Below are positions 1 through 12,715 of a stretch of DNA of 64,000 nucleotides, piece after piece. The translations under genes and the position numbers were made by a program. The stretch spans positions 3,782,001 to 3,846,000 of the forward strand of contig NC_092003.1 of assembly GCF_044704955.1 (NCBI RefSeq), in the 5' to 3' direction. The stretch is from Pristiophorus japonicus (Eukaryota). Below the pieces are notes generated by a model, which had not been told where the DNA came from, made no database searches, and saw only the letters and a program-made list of their open reading frames with translations. Position 1 is the stretch's first letter. Each line of letters begins with the position of its first letter.

Positions 1-999
1 GCGGGGTGCAAAATCCCGACCAAGTTACCGCACCCCAGAAAGAAGGGCAGCCTCCCGGCAAAAATTGGCAACAGTGCGTTGGAGGGTTATTTCACCGGGA
101 GATTGCAGGGCCGAGCCTGAAGTGGATCCTGTCCGCCAGGGGTGATTGCAGAGCGACTGGGGGAGGGGAATGGGGCGGGGCAGGAACTTACATGCTGAAG
201 GGTACTGAGGTCAAGTGTAGTCATCCCGGGATGAGATCAGCAGGTTGGGAAGGAGCGATCTGGATATGTGTCGCCACTCATTAGCAATTGGACTCTGACT
301 TCCTACCGTTACACTTCGCACTCACACTGAGAGTTCCTGCACGTCAGTGGATTCTTCACCCCCTTAATCTGGGCCATTTGAAGGTGCTGAACATTCATTT
401 CGTGGTCTCTTGGGGTTTTTTTTTATTAATCTTCTCACTTTCTGTCTCTGAAGGCACAGATTGCAGCCGGGGCTCGTCCCTCCCCATCTCCCATATTCCG
501 GCACACGGGCCAAGAGGCTGTCCCTCGTGCCCGAGTCCCAGACTGCTGACGGTTGGCAGGGTATTCAACCAAGGCGGGCGGTGCAGAGTCTGGGAAACGG
601 TGCGATCTCACACAAGAGCCATCTGAGCTCCCACACAGAGCACAGAGCAGCCTGGGGAACACTGGGATTCAATACAGAGCAGTCTGGTGAGGAAAGACAA
701 TAACAATCGGTATCTCTCCGCCAGCCCAGTTGCTGACTCTTTTGCCCAAACTCCATCTCGACTCAGAGCTATATCTTCTTGGGCCGACCCCAGAGTCGAG
801 GATGACTTGCTTCCACACCGACAGGAGTCTTCAGGTGACAGTCTCTGTCACAGGCGGGGCTGGTGGAGGTTGAAGGGACGGGTGGGTGGGGTGCTTGGTT
901 TGTCGTATGCTGCCTCCCGCTGTCTGGTACTTGCCACGCACAGAGCACTGTAGCCCAGCAGTAAAATCCAAGAACGCCCCTCCTCGTATGCACGGCCCG

Positions 1000-1918
1000 A
1001 GTACATCTTCATCACAGGCAGTCCCTCGGAATCCAGGAAGACTCGCTTCCACTCTTAACATGAGTCCTCAGGTGGCTGAACAGTCCAATACGAGAACCAC
1101 AGTCCCCGTCACAGGTGGGACAGACAGTGGTTGAGGGAAAGGGAGGGTGGGACTGGTTTGCCGCACGCTCCTTCCGCTGCCTGCGCTTGGTTTCTGCACG
1201 CTCTCGGCGACGAGACTCGAGGTGCTCAGCGTCCTCCCGGATGCACTTCCTCCACTTAGGGCGGACTGGTCTTTGGCCAGGGACTCCCAGGTGTCGGTGG
1301 GGATGTTGCACTTTTATCAGGGAGGCTTTGAGGGTGGTCGCTTGTAACGTTTCCTCTGCCCACCTTTGGCTTGTTTGCCTGTGAAGGAGTTCCGAGTAGA
1401 GCGCTTGCTTTGGGAATCTCGTGTCGGGGCATGCGGACAATGTGGCCCTGCCCAGCGGAGCCGGTCGAGTGTGGTCAGTGCTTCGATGCTGGGGATGTTG
1501 GCCTGGTCGAGGACGCTAACGTTGGTGCGTCTGTCCTCCCAGGGGATTTGCAGGATCTTGCGGAGACATCGTTGGTGGTATTTCTCCAGCGACTTGAGGT
1601 GCCTACGGTACATGGTCCATGAATGTTGAAGATGAATGCTGTAATGTTGTGAAACAATAATAAATTAAATTAATCGCCAGACCTGTTGCCATCTCTAGCT
1701 GGTCTTTGGCCAGGAACTCCCAGGTGTCGGTGGGGATGTTGCACTTTATCAGGGAGGCTTTGAGGGTGTCCCCTGTAACGTTTCCACTGCCCACCTTTGA
1801 CTCGTTTGCCGTGAAGGAGTTCCGAGTAGAGCACTTGCTCTTGTGTCGGGGAATGCGAACGATGTGGCCCGCCCAGCGGAGCTGGTCGAGTGTGGTCAGT
1901 GCTTTGATGCTGGGGATG
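1000..1918 (-). mobile_element. RTE-clade LINE 3' fragments (two pieces); paralogous copies ~5098-6014 and ~9263-10178
   Basis: Translates to YHQRCLRKILQIPWEDRRTN...LRWAGH and a C-terminal CPTC..C.SRIGLFSHLRTH zinc knuckle typical of RTE ORFs; frameshifted. Confidence 0.9.
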
Positions 1919-2369
1919 TCACGCGCTGTGCACTTGTCCCATCGAACTGTCGGCTGTGAATTCCCGCGCTGTACAAACTGAGAGGCCCACACACACACCG
2001 GGACAGAACTTACACAGAGTCTTTAATCCACTGACAGTAACAAGAGCTACATCCGCCCGCCGTGATCTGCCCGCTGAGAGATGGGGGACAAGGGAGTTTC
2101 GCAGATGGGAAAAGGGGAATCAGGAGAACGCGATGGCCAGTGTTCTGTCGCACTGAACCTGGCTCGGCACAGCACACATCAGCTCCTGGGCAAGGGAAGA
2201 TACTCGACTCTCTTAGCGAGGGACTCAGTCCCACCCCACCCCGTCAAACCAATCAGAGGGGCTGCACACTTCCCTCAACTGTAAATCTGGGCAGGGAGAG
2301 TGGCCGAGAAGTGCTCGTGTCCCCTTTACCTTAGACCTATGTCGCCTCGAAATTAAGAGGGGATGATGT

Positions 2370-3085
2370 AATTATTATTTAAATGGAGAAAGATTGCAAA
2401 GTGCTGCAGTACAGCGGGACCTGGGGGTTACTTGTGCATGAAACACCAAAGGATAGTATGCAGGTACAGCAAGTGATCAGGAAGGCCAATGGTATCTTGG
2501 CCTTTATTGCAAAAGGAGGAGTATAAAAGCAGGGAAGTCTTGCTACAGTTACACAGGGTATTGGTGAGGCCACACCTGGAGTACTACGTGCAGTTTTGGT
2601 TTCTATATTTACGAAAGGAAGCAGTTCAGAGAAGGTTCACTCGGTTGATTCCAGAGATGAGGGTGTTGACTTATGAAGAAAGGTTGAGGAGGTTGGGCCT
2701 CTACTCATTGGAGTTCAGAAGAATGAGAGGTGATCTTATCGAAATGTATAAGATTATGAGGGGGCTTGACAAGGTGGATGCAGAGAGGATGTTCCTACTG
2801 ATGGGGGAGACTAGAACTAGGGGGCATGGTCTTAGAATAAGGGGCCGCCCATTTAAAACTGAGCTGAGGAGGAATTTCTTCTCTCAGAGGGTTGTAAATC
2901 TGTGGAATTCACTGTCTCAGAGAGCTGTGGAGGCTGGGACATTGAATATATTTAAGACAGAGATCAACAGTTTCTTAACCGATAAGGGGATAAGGGGGCG
3001 GGCAGGGAAGTGGAGCTGAGTCCATGATCGGATGAGCCATGATCGTATTAAAAGGCCTACTCCTGCTCCTATTTTTTATGTTCTA
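2370..3085 (+). mobile_element. CR1 (HER1-like) LINE 3' fragment; paralogous copies ~6470-7185 and ~10605-11325
   Basis: LVRPHLEY.VQFW...RRMRGDLIE.YKI...RTRGH...FFSQRVVNLWNSL motifs of CR1 ORF2, followed by the CR1 3' UTR. Confidence 0.92.
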
Positions 3086-3124
3086 ATTGAGGTCTGTAAA
3101 CGGATTAAAGGATTCCATAGGGTA

Positions 3125-3985
3125 AAGAAAGACTTGGATTTATATAGCGCCATTCGAGACCACCGGACGTCTCAAAGCACCTCACAGCCAATGAAGTAAT
3201 TTCGGAGTGCGCTCACTGTTGTAATGTGGGAAACGCCAATTTGCGCACAGCAAGCTCCCACACACAGCAATGTGATAATGACCCAGATCATCTGTTTTAG
3301 TGATGTTGGTCGAGGGATAAATATTGGCCCGAGGACACCGGGGAGAACTCCCCTGCTCTTCTTCCAATAGTGGCCCCGGGATCTTTTACATCCCCCCCGA
3401 GAGGGCAGACGGGGCCTTGGTTTAACGTCTCATCCGAAAGACGGCACCTCCGACAGTGCGGCACTCCCTCAGCACTGTCCCTCCAACAGTGCGGTGCTCC
3501 CTCACTACTGCCCCTCCGACAGTGCGGCGCTCCCTCAGTACTGTCCCTCCGACAGTGCGGCGCTCCCTCAGTACTGCCCCTCCGACAGTGCGGCGCTCCC
3601 TCAGTAAGCCCCTCCGACAGTGCGGCGCTCCCTCAGCACTGTCCCTCCGACAGTGCGGCACTCCCTCAGCACTGTCCCTCCAACAGTGCGGTGCTCCCTC
3701 AGTACTGCCCCTCCGACAGTGCGGCACTCCCTCAGCACTGCCCCTCCGACAGTGCGGCGCTCCCTCAGTACCGGCCCTCCGACAGTGCGGCGCTCCCTCA
3801 GTACCGCCCCTCCGACAGTGCGGCGCTCCCTCAGTACTGCCCCTCCGACAGTGCGGTGCTCCTTCAGTACGGCCCCTCCCACAATATTGGCCTAGATTAT
3901 GGGGCTTGTGTCTGTGAAGCAGAGACCCTTACCCGCGACCTTCTGACTCGGAGGTGTGAGTCCCTCCCAGTGAGACAGGGCTGAC
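3125..3985 (-). mobile_element. tRNA-derived DeuSINE (SacSINE1/AmnSINE1-like) with internal 33-bp minisatellite; copy at ~7225-8150
   Basis: Degenerate tRNA-like head at the right end; body GCCGTCTTTCGGATGAGACGTTAAACC...GAAGAGCAGGGGAGTTCTCCCC; L2-type tail GGCGCTATATAAAT. The family name is recalled, not searched. Confidence 0.8.
3447..3870. repeat. 33-bp minisatellite (CAGTACTGCCCCTCCGACAGTGCGGCGCTCCCT)n inside SINE; paralogous arrays ~7546-8035 and ~11665-12118
   Basis: Direct tandem repeat visible; 11-aa periodic translations (DSAALPQYCPS). Confidence 0.95.
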
Positions 3986-6900
3986 GAAGGAGCGGACTGG
4001 CGGGAGGGAAGCAAAACAGCAGACGGCTGACTTATCCACAGCGTAGCCTCATTTCCCACGCACCCCACCCCTCAAATGGGCAGTGGCGAGATGCAAGCGG
4101 GGTGCAAAATCCCGACCAAGTTACCGCACCCCAGAAAGAAGGGCAGCCTCCCGGCAAAAATTGGCAACAGTGCGTTGGAGGGTTATTTCACCGGGAGATT
4201 GCAGGGCCGAACCTGAAGTGGATCCTGTCCGCCAAGGGTGATTGCAGAGCGACTGGGGGAGGGGAATGGGGCGGGGCAGGAGCTTACATGCTGAAGGGTA
4301 CTGAGGTCAAGTGTAGTCATCCCGTGATGAGATCAGCAGGTTGGGAAGGAGCGATCTGGATATGTGTCGCCATTTATTAGCAATTGGACTCTGACTTCCT
4401 ACCGTTACACTTCGCACTCACACTGAGAGTTCCTGCACATCAGTGGATTCCTCACCCCCTTAATCTGGGCCATTTGAAGGTGCTAAACATTCATTTCGTG
4501 GTCTCTTGCCGTTTTTTTTTATTAATCTTCTCACTTTCTGTCTCTGAAGGCACAGATTGCAGCCGGGGCTCGTCCCTCCCCATCTCCCATATTCCGGCAC
4601 ACGGGCCAAGAGGCTGTCCCTCGTGCCCGAGTCCCAGACTGCTGACGGTTGGCAGGGTATTCAACCAAGGCGGGCGGTGCAGAGTCTGGGAAACGGTGCG
4701 ATCTCACACAAGAGCCATCTGAGCTCCCACACAGAGCACAGAGCAGCCTGGGGAACACTGGGATTCAATACAGAGCAGTCTGGTGAGGAAAGACAATAAC
4801 AATCGGTATCTCTCCGCCAGCCCAGTTGCTGACTCTTTTGCCCAAACTCCATCTCGACTCAGAGCTATATCTTCTTGGGCCGACCCCAGAGTCGAGGATG
4901 ACTTGCTTCCACACCGACAGGAGTCTTCAGGTGACAGTCTCTGTCACAGGCGGGGCTGGTGGAGGTTGGAGGGACGGGTGGGTGGGCTGCTTGGTTTGTC
5001 GTATGCTGCCTCCCGTTGTCTGGTACTTGCCACGCACAGAGCACTGTAGCCCAGCAGTAAAATCCAAGACTGCCCCTCCTCGTATGCACGGCCCGAGTAC
5101 ATCTTCATCACAGGCAGTCCCTCGGAATCCAGGAAGACTCGCTTCCACTCTTAACATGAGTCCTCAGGTGGCTGAACAGTCCAATACGAGAACCACAGTC
5201 CCCGTCACAGGTGGGACAGACAGTGGTTGAGGGAAGGGGAGAGTGGGACTGGTTTGCCGCACGCTCCTTCCGCTGCCTGCGCTTGGTTTCTGCACGCTCT
5301 CGACGACGAGACTCGAGGTGCTCAGCGTCCTCCCGGATGCACTTCCTCCACTTAGGGCGGACTGGTCTTTGGCCAGGGACTCCCAGGTGTCGGTGGAGAT
5401 GTTGCACTTTTATCAGGGAGGCTTTGAGGGTGGTCGCTTGTAACGTTTCCTCTGCCCACCTTTGGCTTGTTTGCCTGTGAAGGAGTTCCGAGTAGGGCGC
5501 TTGCTTTGGGAATCTCGTGTCGGGGCATGCGGACAATGTGGCCCTGCCCAGCGGAGCCGGTCGAGTGTGGTCAGTGCTTCGATGCTGGGGATGTTGGCCT
5601 GGTCGAGGACGCTAACGTTGGTGCGTCTGTCCTCCCAGGGGATTTGCAGGATCTTGCGGAGACATCGTTGGTGGTATTTCTCCAGCGACTTGAGGTGCCT
5701 ACGGTACATGGTCCATGAATGTTGAAGATGAATGCTGTAATGTTGTGAAACAATAATAAATTAAATTAATCGCCAGACCTGTTGCCATCTCTAGCTGGTC
5801 TTTGGCCAGGAACTCCCAGGTGTCGGTGGGGATGTTGCACTTTATCAGGGAGGCTTTGAGGGTGTCCCCTGTAACGTTTCCACTGACCACCTTTGACTCG
5901 TTTGCCGTGAAGGAGTTCCGAGTAGAGCACTTGCTCTTGTGTCGGGGAATGCGAACGATGTGGCCCGCCCAGCGGTGCTGGTCGAGTGTGGTCAGTGCTT
6001 TGATGCTGGGGATGTCACGCGCTGTGCACTTGTCCCGTCGAACTGTCGGCTGTGAATTCCCGCGCTGTACAAACTGAGAAGCCCACACACACACCGGGAC
6101 AGAACTTACACAGAGGTGTCTTTAATCCACAGACAGTAACAAGAGCTACATCCGCCCGCCGTGATCTGCCCGCTGAGAGATGGGGGACAAGGGAGTTTCG
6201 CAGATGGGAAAAGGGGAATCAGGAGAACGCGATGGCCAGTGTTCTGTCGCACTGAACCTGGCTCGGCACAGCACACATCAGCTCCTGGGCAAGGGAAGAT
6301 ACTCGACTCTCTTAGCGAGGGACTCAGTCCCACCCCACCCCGTCAAACCAATCAGAGGGGCTGCACACTTCCCTCAACTGTAAATCTGGGCAGGGAGAGT
6401 GGCCGAGAAGTGCTCGTGTCCCCTTTACCTTAGACCTGTGTCGCCTCGAGATTAAGAGGGGGTGATGTAATTATTATTTAAATGGAGAAAGATTGCAAAG
6501 TGCTGCAGTACAGCGGGACCTGGGGGTTACTTGTGCATGAAACACCAAAGGATAGTATGCAGGTACAGCAAGTGATCAGGAAGGCCAATGGTATCTTGGC
6601 CTTTATTGCAAAAGGAGGAGTATAAAAGCAGGGAAGTCTTGCTACAGTTACACAGGGTATTGGTGAGGCCACACCTGGAATACTACGTGCAGTTTTGGTT
6701 TCCATATTTACGAAAGGAAGCAGTTCAGAGAAGGTTCACTCGGTTGATTCCGGAGATGAGGGGGTTGACTTATGAAGAAAGGTTGAGGAGGTTGGGCCTC
6801 TACTCATTGGAGTTCAGAAGAATGAGAGGTGATCTTATCGAAATGTATAAGATTATGAGGGGGCTTGACAAGGTGGATGCAGAGAGGATGTTTCCACTGA

Positions 6901-9900
6901 TGGGGGAGACTAGAACTAGGGGGCATAATCTTAGAATAAGGGGCCGCCCATTTAAAACTGAGCTGAGGAGGAATTTCTTCTCTCAGAGGGTTGTAAATCT
7001 GTGGAATTCTCTGCCCCAGAGAGCTGTGGAGGCTGGGACATTGAATATATTTAAGACAGAGATCAACAGTTTCTTAACCGATAAGGGGATAAGGGGGCGG
7101 GCAGGGAAGTGGAGCTGAGTCCATGATCGGATGAGCCATGATCGTATTAAATGGCCTACTCCTGCTCCTATTTTTTATGTTCTAATTGAGGTCTGTAAAC
7201 GGATTAAAGGATTACATAGGGTAAAGAAAGACTTGGATTTATATAGCGCCATTCGAGACCACCGGACGTCTCAAAGCACCTCACAGCCAATGAAGTAATT
7301 TCGGAGTGCGCTCACTGTTGTAATGTGGGAAACGCCAATTTGCGCACAGCAAGCTCCCACACACAGCAATGTGATAATGACCCAGATCATCTGTTTTAGT
7401 GATGTTGGTCGAGGGATAAATATTGGCCCGAGGACACCGGGGAGAACTCCCCTGCTCTTCTTCCAATAGTGGCCCCGGGATCTTTTACATCCAGCCGAGA
7501 GGGCAGACGGGGCCTCGGTTTAACGTCTCATCCGAAAGACGGCACTTCCGACAGTGCGGCACTCCCTCAGCACTGTCCCTCCAACAGTGCGGTGCTCCCT
7601 CACTACTGCCTCTCCAACAGTGCGGCGTTCCCTCAGTACTGCCCCACCGACAGTGCGGCGCTCCCTCAGTACAGCCCCTCCGACAGTGCAGCGCTCCCTC
7701 AGTACCACCCCTCCGACAGTGCGGGGCTCCCTCAGCACTGCCCCTCCGACACTGCGGCACTCCCTCAGCACTGCCCCTCCGACAGTGCGGCGCTCCCTCA
7801 GTACCGGCCCTCCGACAGTGCAGCGCTCCCTCAGTACCACCCCTCCGACAATGCGGGGCTCCCTCAGCACTGCCCCTCTGACAGTGCGGTGCTCCCTCAG
7901 CACTGCCCCTCCGACAGTGCGGCGCTCCCTCAGTACCGGCCCTCCGACAGTGCGGCGCTCCCTCAGTACCGCCCCTCCGACAGTGCGGCGCTCCCTCAGT
8001 ACTGCCCCTCCGACAGTGCGGTGCTCCTTCAGTACGGCCCCTCCCACAATATTGGCCTAGATTATGGGGCTTGTGTCTGTGGAGCAGAGACCCTTACCCG
8101 CGACCTTCTGACTCGGAGGTGTGAGTCCCTCCCAGTGAGACAGGGCTGACGAAGGAACGGACTGGCGGGAGGGAAGCAAAACAGCAGACGGCTGACTTAT
8201 CCACAGCGTAGCCTCATTTCCAACGCACCCCACCCCTCAAATGGGCAGTGGCGAGATGCAAGCGGGGTGCAAAATCCCGACCAAGTTACCGCACCCCAGA
8301 AAGAAGGGCAGCCTCCCGGCAAAAATTGGCAACAGCGCGTTGGAGGGTTATTTCACCGGGAGATTGCAGGGCCGAACCTGAAGTGGATCCTGTCCGCCAG
8401 GGGTGATTGCAGAGCGACTGGGGGAGGGGAATGGGGCGGGGCAGGAACTTACATGCTGAAGGGTACTGAGGTCAAGTGTAGTCATCCCGGGATGAGATCA
8501 GCAGGTTGGGAAGGAGCGAACTGGATATGTGTCGCCACTCATTAGCAATTGGACTCTGACTTCCTACCGTTACACTTCGCACTCACACTGAGAGTTCCTG
8601 CACGTCAGTGGATTCTTCACCCCCTTAATCTGGGCCATTTGAAGGTGCTGAACATTCATTTCGTGGTCTCTTGGGGGTTTTTTTTATTAATCTTCTCACT
8701 TTCTGTCTCTGAAGGCACAGATTGCAGCCGGGGCTCGTCCCTCCCCATCTCCCATATTCCGGCACACGGGCCAAGAGGCTGTCCCTAGTGCCCGAGTCCC
8801 AGACTGCTGACAGTTGGCAGGGTATTCAACCAAGGCGGGCGGTGCAGAGTCTGGGAAACGGTGCGATCTCACACAAGAGCCATCTGAGCTCCCACACAGA
8901 GCACAGAGCAGCCTGGGGAACACTGGGATTCAATACAGAGCAGTCTGGTGAGGAAAGACAATAACAATCGGTATCTCTCCGCCAGCCCAGTTGCTGACTC
9001 TTTTGCCCAAACTCCATCTCGACTCAGAGCTATATCTTCTTGGGCCGACCCCAGAGTCGAGGATGACTTGCTTCCACACCGACAGGAGTCTTCAGGTGAC
9101 AGTCTCTGTCACAGGCGGGGCTGGTGGAGGTTGGAGGGACGGGTGGGTGGGGTGCTTGGTTTGTCGTATGCTGCCTCCCGCTGTCTGGTACTTGCCACGC
9201 ACAGAGCACTGTAGCCCAGCAGTAAAATCCAAGACAGCCCCTCCTCGTATGCACGGCCCGAGTACATCTTCATCACAGGCAGTCCCTCGGAATCCAGGAA
9301 GACTCGCTTCCACTCTTAACATGAGTCCTCAGGTGGCTGAACAGTCCAATACGAGAACCACAGTCCCCGTCACAGGTGCGACAGACAGTGGTTGAGGGAA
9401 GGGGAGGGTGGGACTGGTTTGCCGCACGCTCCTTCCGCTGCCTGCGCTTGGTTTCTGCACGCTCTCGGCGACGAGACTCGAGGTGCTCAGCGCCCTCCCG
9501 GATGCACTTCCTCCACTTAGGGCGGTCTGGTCTTTGGCCAGGGACTCCCAGGTGTAGGTGGAGATGTTGCACTTTTATCAGGGAGGCTTTGAGGGTGGTC
9601 GCTTGTAACGTTTCCTCTGCCCACATTTGGCTTGTTTGCCTGTGAAGGAGTTCCGAGTAGGGCGCTCGCTTTGGGAATCTCGTGTCGGGGCATGCGGACA
9701 ATATGGCCAGCCCAGCGGAGCTGGTCGAGTGTGGTCAGTGCTTCGATGCTGGGGATGTTGGCCTGGTCGAGGACGCTAACCTTGGTGCGTCTGTCCTCCC
9801 AGGAGATTTGCAGGATCTTGCGGAGACATCGTTGGTGATATTTCTCCAGCGACTTGAAGTGCTTACTGTACATGGTCCATGAATGTTGAAGATGAATGCT

Positions 9901-11364
9901 GTAATGTTGTGAAACAATAATAAATTAAATTAATCGCCAGACCTGTTGCCATCTCTAGCTGGTCTTTGGCCAGGAACTCCCAGGTGTCGGTGGGGATGTT
10001 GCACTTTATCAGGGAGGCTTTGAGGGTGTCCCTGTTACATTTCCACTGCCCACCTTTGACTCGTTTGCCGTGAAGGAGTTCCGAGTAGAGCACTTGCTCT
10101 TGTGTCGGGGAATGCGAACGATGTGGCCCGCCCAGCGGAGCTGGTCGAGTGTGGTCAGTGCTTTGATGCTGGGGATGTCACGCGCTGTGCACTTGTGCCG
10201 TCGAACTGTCGGCTGTGAATTCCCGCGCTGTACAAACTGAGAGGCCCACACACACACCGGGACAGAACTTACACAGAGGTGTCTTTAATCCACAGACAGT
10301 AACAAGAGCTACATCCGCCCGCCATGATCTGCCCGCTGAGTGATGGAGGACAAGGGAGTTTCACAGATGGGAAAAGGGGAATCAGGAGAACGCGATGGCC
10401 AGTGTTCTGTCGCACTGAACCTGGCTCGGCACAGCACACATCAGCTCCTGGGCAAGGGAAGATACTCGACACTCTTAGCGAGGGATTCAGTCCCACCCCA
10501 CCCCGTCAAACCAATCAGAGGGGCTGCACACTTCCCTCAACTGTAAATCTGGGCAGGGAGAGTGGCCGAGAAGTGCTCGTGTCCCCTTTACCTTAGACCT
10601 GTGATGTAATTATTATTTGAATGGAGAAAGATTGCAAAGTGCTGCAGTACAGCGGGACCTGGGGGGTACTTGTGCATGAAACACCAAAGGATAGTATGCA
10701 GGTACAGCAAGTGATCAGGAAGGCCAATGGTATCTTGGCCTTTATTGAAAAAGGAGGAGTATAAAAGCAGGGAAGTCTTGCTACAGTTACACAGGGTATT
10801 GGTGAGGCCACACCTGGAGTACTACGTGCAGTTTTGGTTTCCATATTTACGAAAGGAAGCAGTTCAGAGAAGGTTCACTCGGTTGATTCCGGAGATGAGG
10901 GGGTTGACTTATGAGGAAAGGTTGAGTAGGTTGGGCCTCTACTCATTGGAATTCAGAAGAATGAGAGGTGATCTTATCGAAACGTATAAGATTATGAGGG
11001 GGCTCGACAAGGTGGATGCAGAGAGGATGTTTCCACTGATGGGGGTGACTCGAACTAGGGGGCATAATCTTCGAATAAGGGGCCGCCCATTTAAAACTGA
11101 GCTGAGGAGGAATTTCTTCTCTCAGAGGGTTGTAAATCTGTGGAATTCACTGCCTCAGAGAGCTGTGGAAGCTGGGACATTGAATATATTTAAGACAGAG
11201 ATCGACAGTTTCTTAACCGATAAGGGGATAAGGGGACGGGCAGGGAAGTGGAGCTGAGTCCATGATCGGATCAGCCATGATCGTATTAAATGGTCTACTC
11301 CTGCTCCTATTTTTTAATGTTCTAATTGAGGTCTGTAAACGGATTAAAGGATTCGATAGGGTAA

Positions 11365-12228
11365 AGAAAGACTTGGATTTATATAGCGCCATTCGAGACC
11401 ACCGGACGTCTCAAAGCACCTCACAGCCAATGAAGTACTATCGGAGTGCGCTCACTGTTGTAATGTGGGAAAAGCCAATTTGCGCACAGCAAGCTACCAC
11501 ACACAGCAATGTGATAATGACCCAGATCATCTGTTTTAGTGATGTTGGTTGAGGGATAAATATTGGCCCCAGGACACTGGGGAGAACTCCCCTGCTCTTC
11601 TTCCAATAGTGGCCCGAGAGTGCAGACAGAGACTCGGTTTAACGTCTCATCCGAAAGACGGCACCTCCGACAGTGCAGCGCTCCCTCAGTACCACCCCTC
11701 CGACAGTGCGGGGCTCCCTCATTACTGCCCCCGACAGTGCGGCGCTCTCCCTCAGTACCGGCCCTCCGACAGTGCGGCGCTCCCTCAGTACTGCCCCTCC
11801 GACAGTGTGGCGCTCCCTCAGTACTGCCCCTCCGACAGTGCAATGCTCCGTCAGTACTGTCCCTCCGACAGTGCGGCGCTCCCTCAGTACCGCCCCTCCG
11901 ACAGTGCGGCGCTCCCTCAGTACCGCCCCTCTGACAGTGCGGCGCTCCCTCAGTACTGCCCCTCCGACAATGCGGCGCTCCCTCAGTACTGCCCCTCCGA
12001 CAGTGTGGCGCTCCCTCGGTACCGCCCCTCCGACAGTGCGGCGTTCCCTCGGTACTGCCCCTCCGACAGTACGCCGCTCCCTCAGTACTGCCCCTCCGAC
12101 AGTGCGGCGCTCCTTCAGTGCTGCACTGGGTGTGTCAGCCTAGGTGTGCCCAAGTTGCCAGGAGTGGGACTTGAACCAACAACCTTCTGACTCAGAGGCG
12201 AGGGTGCTGCCCACTGAGCTACGGCTGA
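11365..12228 (-). mobile_element. DeuSINE copy with well-preserved tRNA head (Pol III A/B boxes)
   Basis: The - strand reads TCAGCCGTAGCTCAGTGGGCAGCACCCTCGCCTCTGAGTCAGAAGGTTGTTGGTTCAAGTCCCACTCC (A box TAGCTCAGTGG, B box GGTTCAAGTCC), then the minisatellite, body and tail. Confidence 0.85.
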
Positions 12229-12715
12229 TTGCACTGACTTTTAACACATGGAAATCTGACACAGTTGGTGAATGTCGATGTAGAAGGTCGGTGAGAAGCT
12301 TATTTTGATTAATATCTCGGTCAAAAGGTTCTTGGAATAGTGATTCGGGGACTTGTGCAATGAAGTGGGGCAGGCTTGTGTTGAGTATTAAGGTTGGCAT
12401 CGACTGGCTGGGCCGCATGGCCTGGCTCGGAGGGAAATCCCTTGAGGGGAGGGCGGCTAGCTGCACTGCAACCGACACGCAGCCTGCCTTTTGACATCAC
12501 TGGCATCTGCAAATTCCAGGAAATTCTGGCCACAGTGTTACGGGTGCCTGCTCTCTGACAGCGACAATAATGTACAGCCAGCAAAGGATTAGCGTGATTA
12601 CTGTCCCACGGAATGTGCCAGCTGTGATTCAGCCGGCGGGGTGTAGCGTGCGAATCTCGTGACTCTCAGCTGTGCGTGCGTACGTGTGGTGGGGGCAGAG
12701 GGGGAGGGGGATTAC

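Larger units (their letters stand above)
1..12228 (+). repeat. Tandem segmental triplication, unit ~4.1 kb (copies start ~1, 4097, 8262; the array may extend left of the window)
   Basis: Near-identical sequence and ORFs recur at offsets 4096 and 8261 (e.g. ORFs 6..284, 4102..4380, 8267..8545). Each unit is unique DNA + RTE fragments + CR1 fragment + SINE with a minisatellite. Confidence 0.95.

Noticed and set aside
192-260. Minus-strand mini-exon ending at a strong donor CAT/GTAAGT in the repeat unit
   Set aside because: Weak acceptor and stop codons in all three frames.
2489-3019. 176-aa ORF (and 6588..7118, 10727..11257, 38022..38570) as a host gene
   Set aside because: C-terminal fragment of CR1 ORF2, 5'-truncated and frameshifted upstream.
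12160-12228. tRNA gene
   Set aside because: The A/B boxes belong to the SINE head, are contiguous with the SINE body, and lack a complete acceptor stem.
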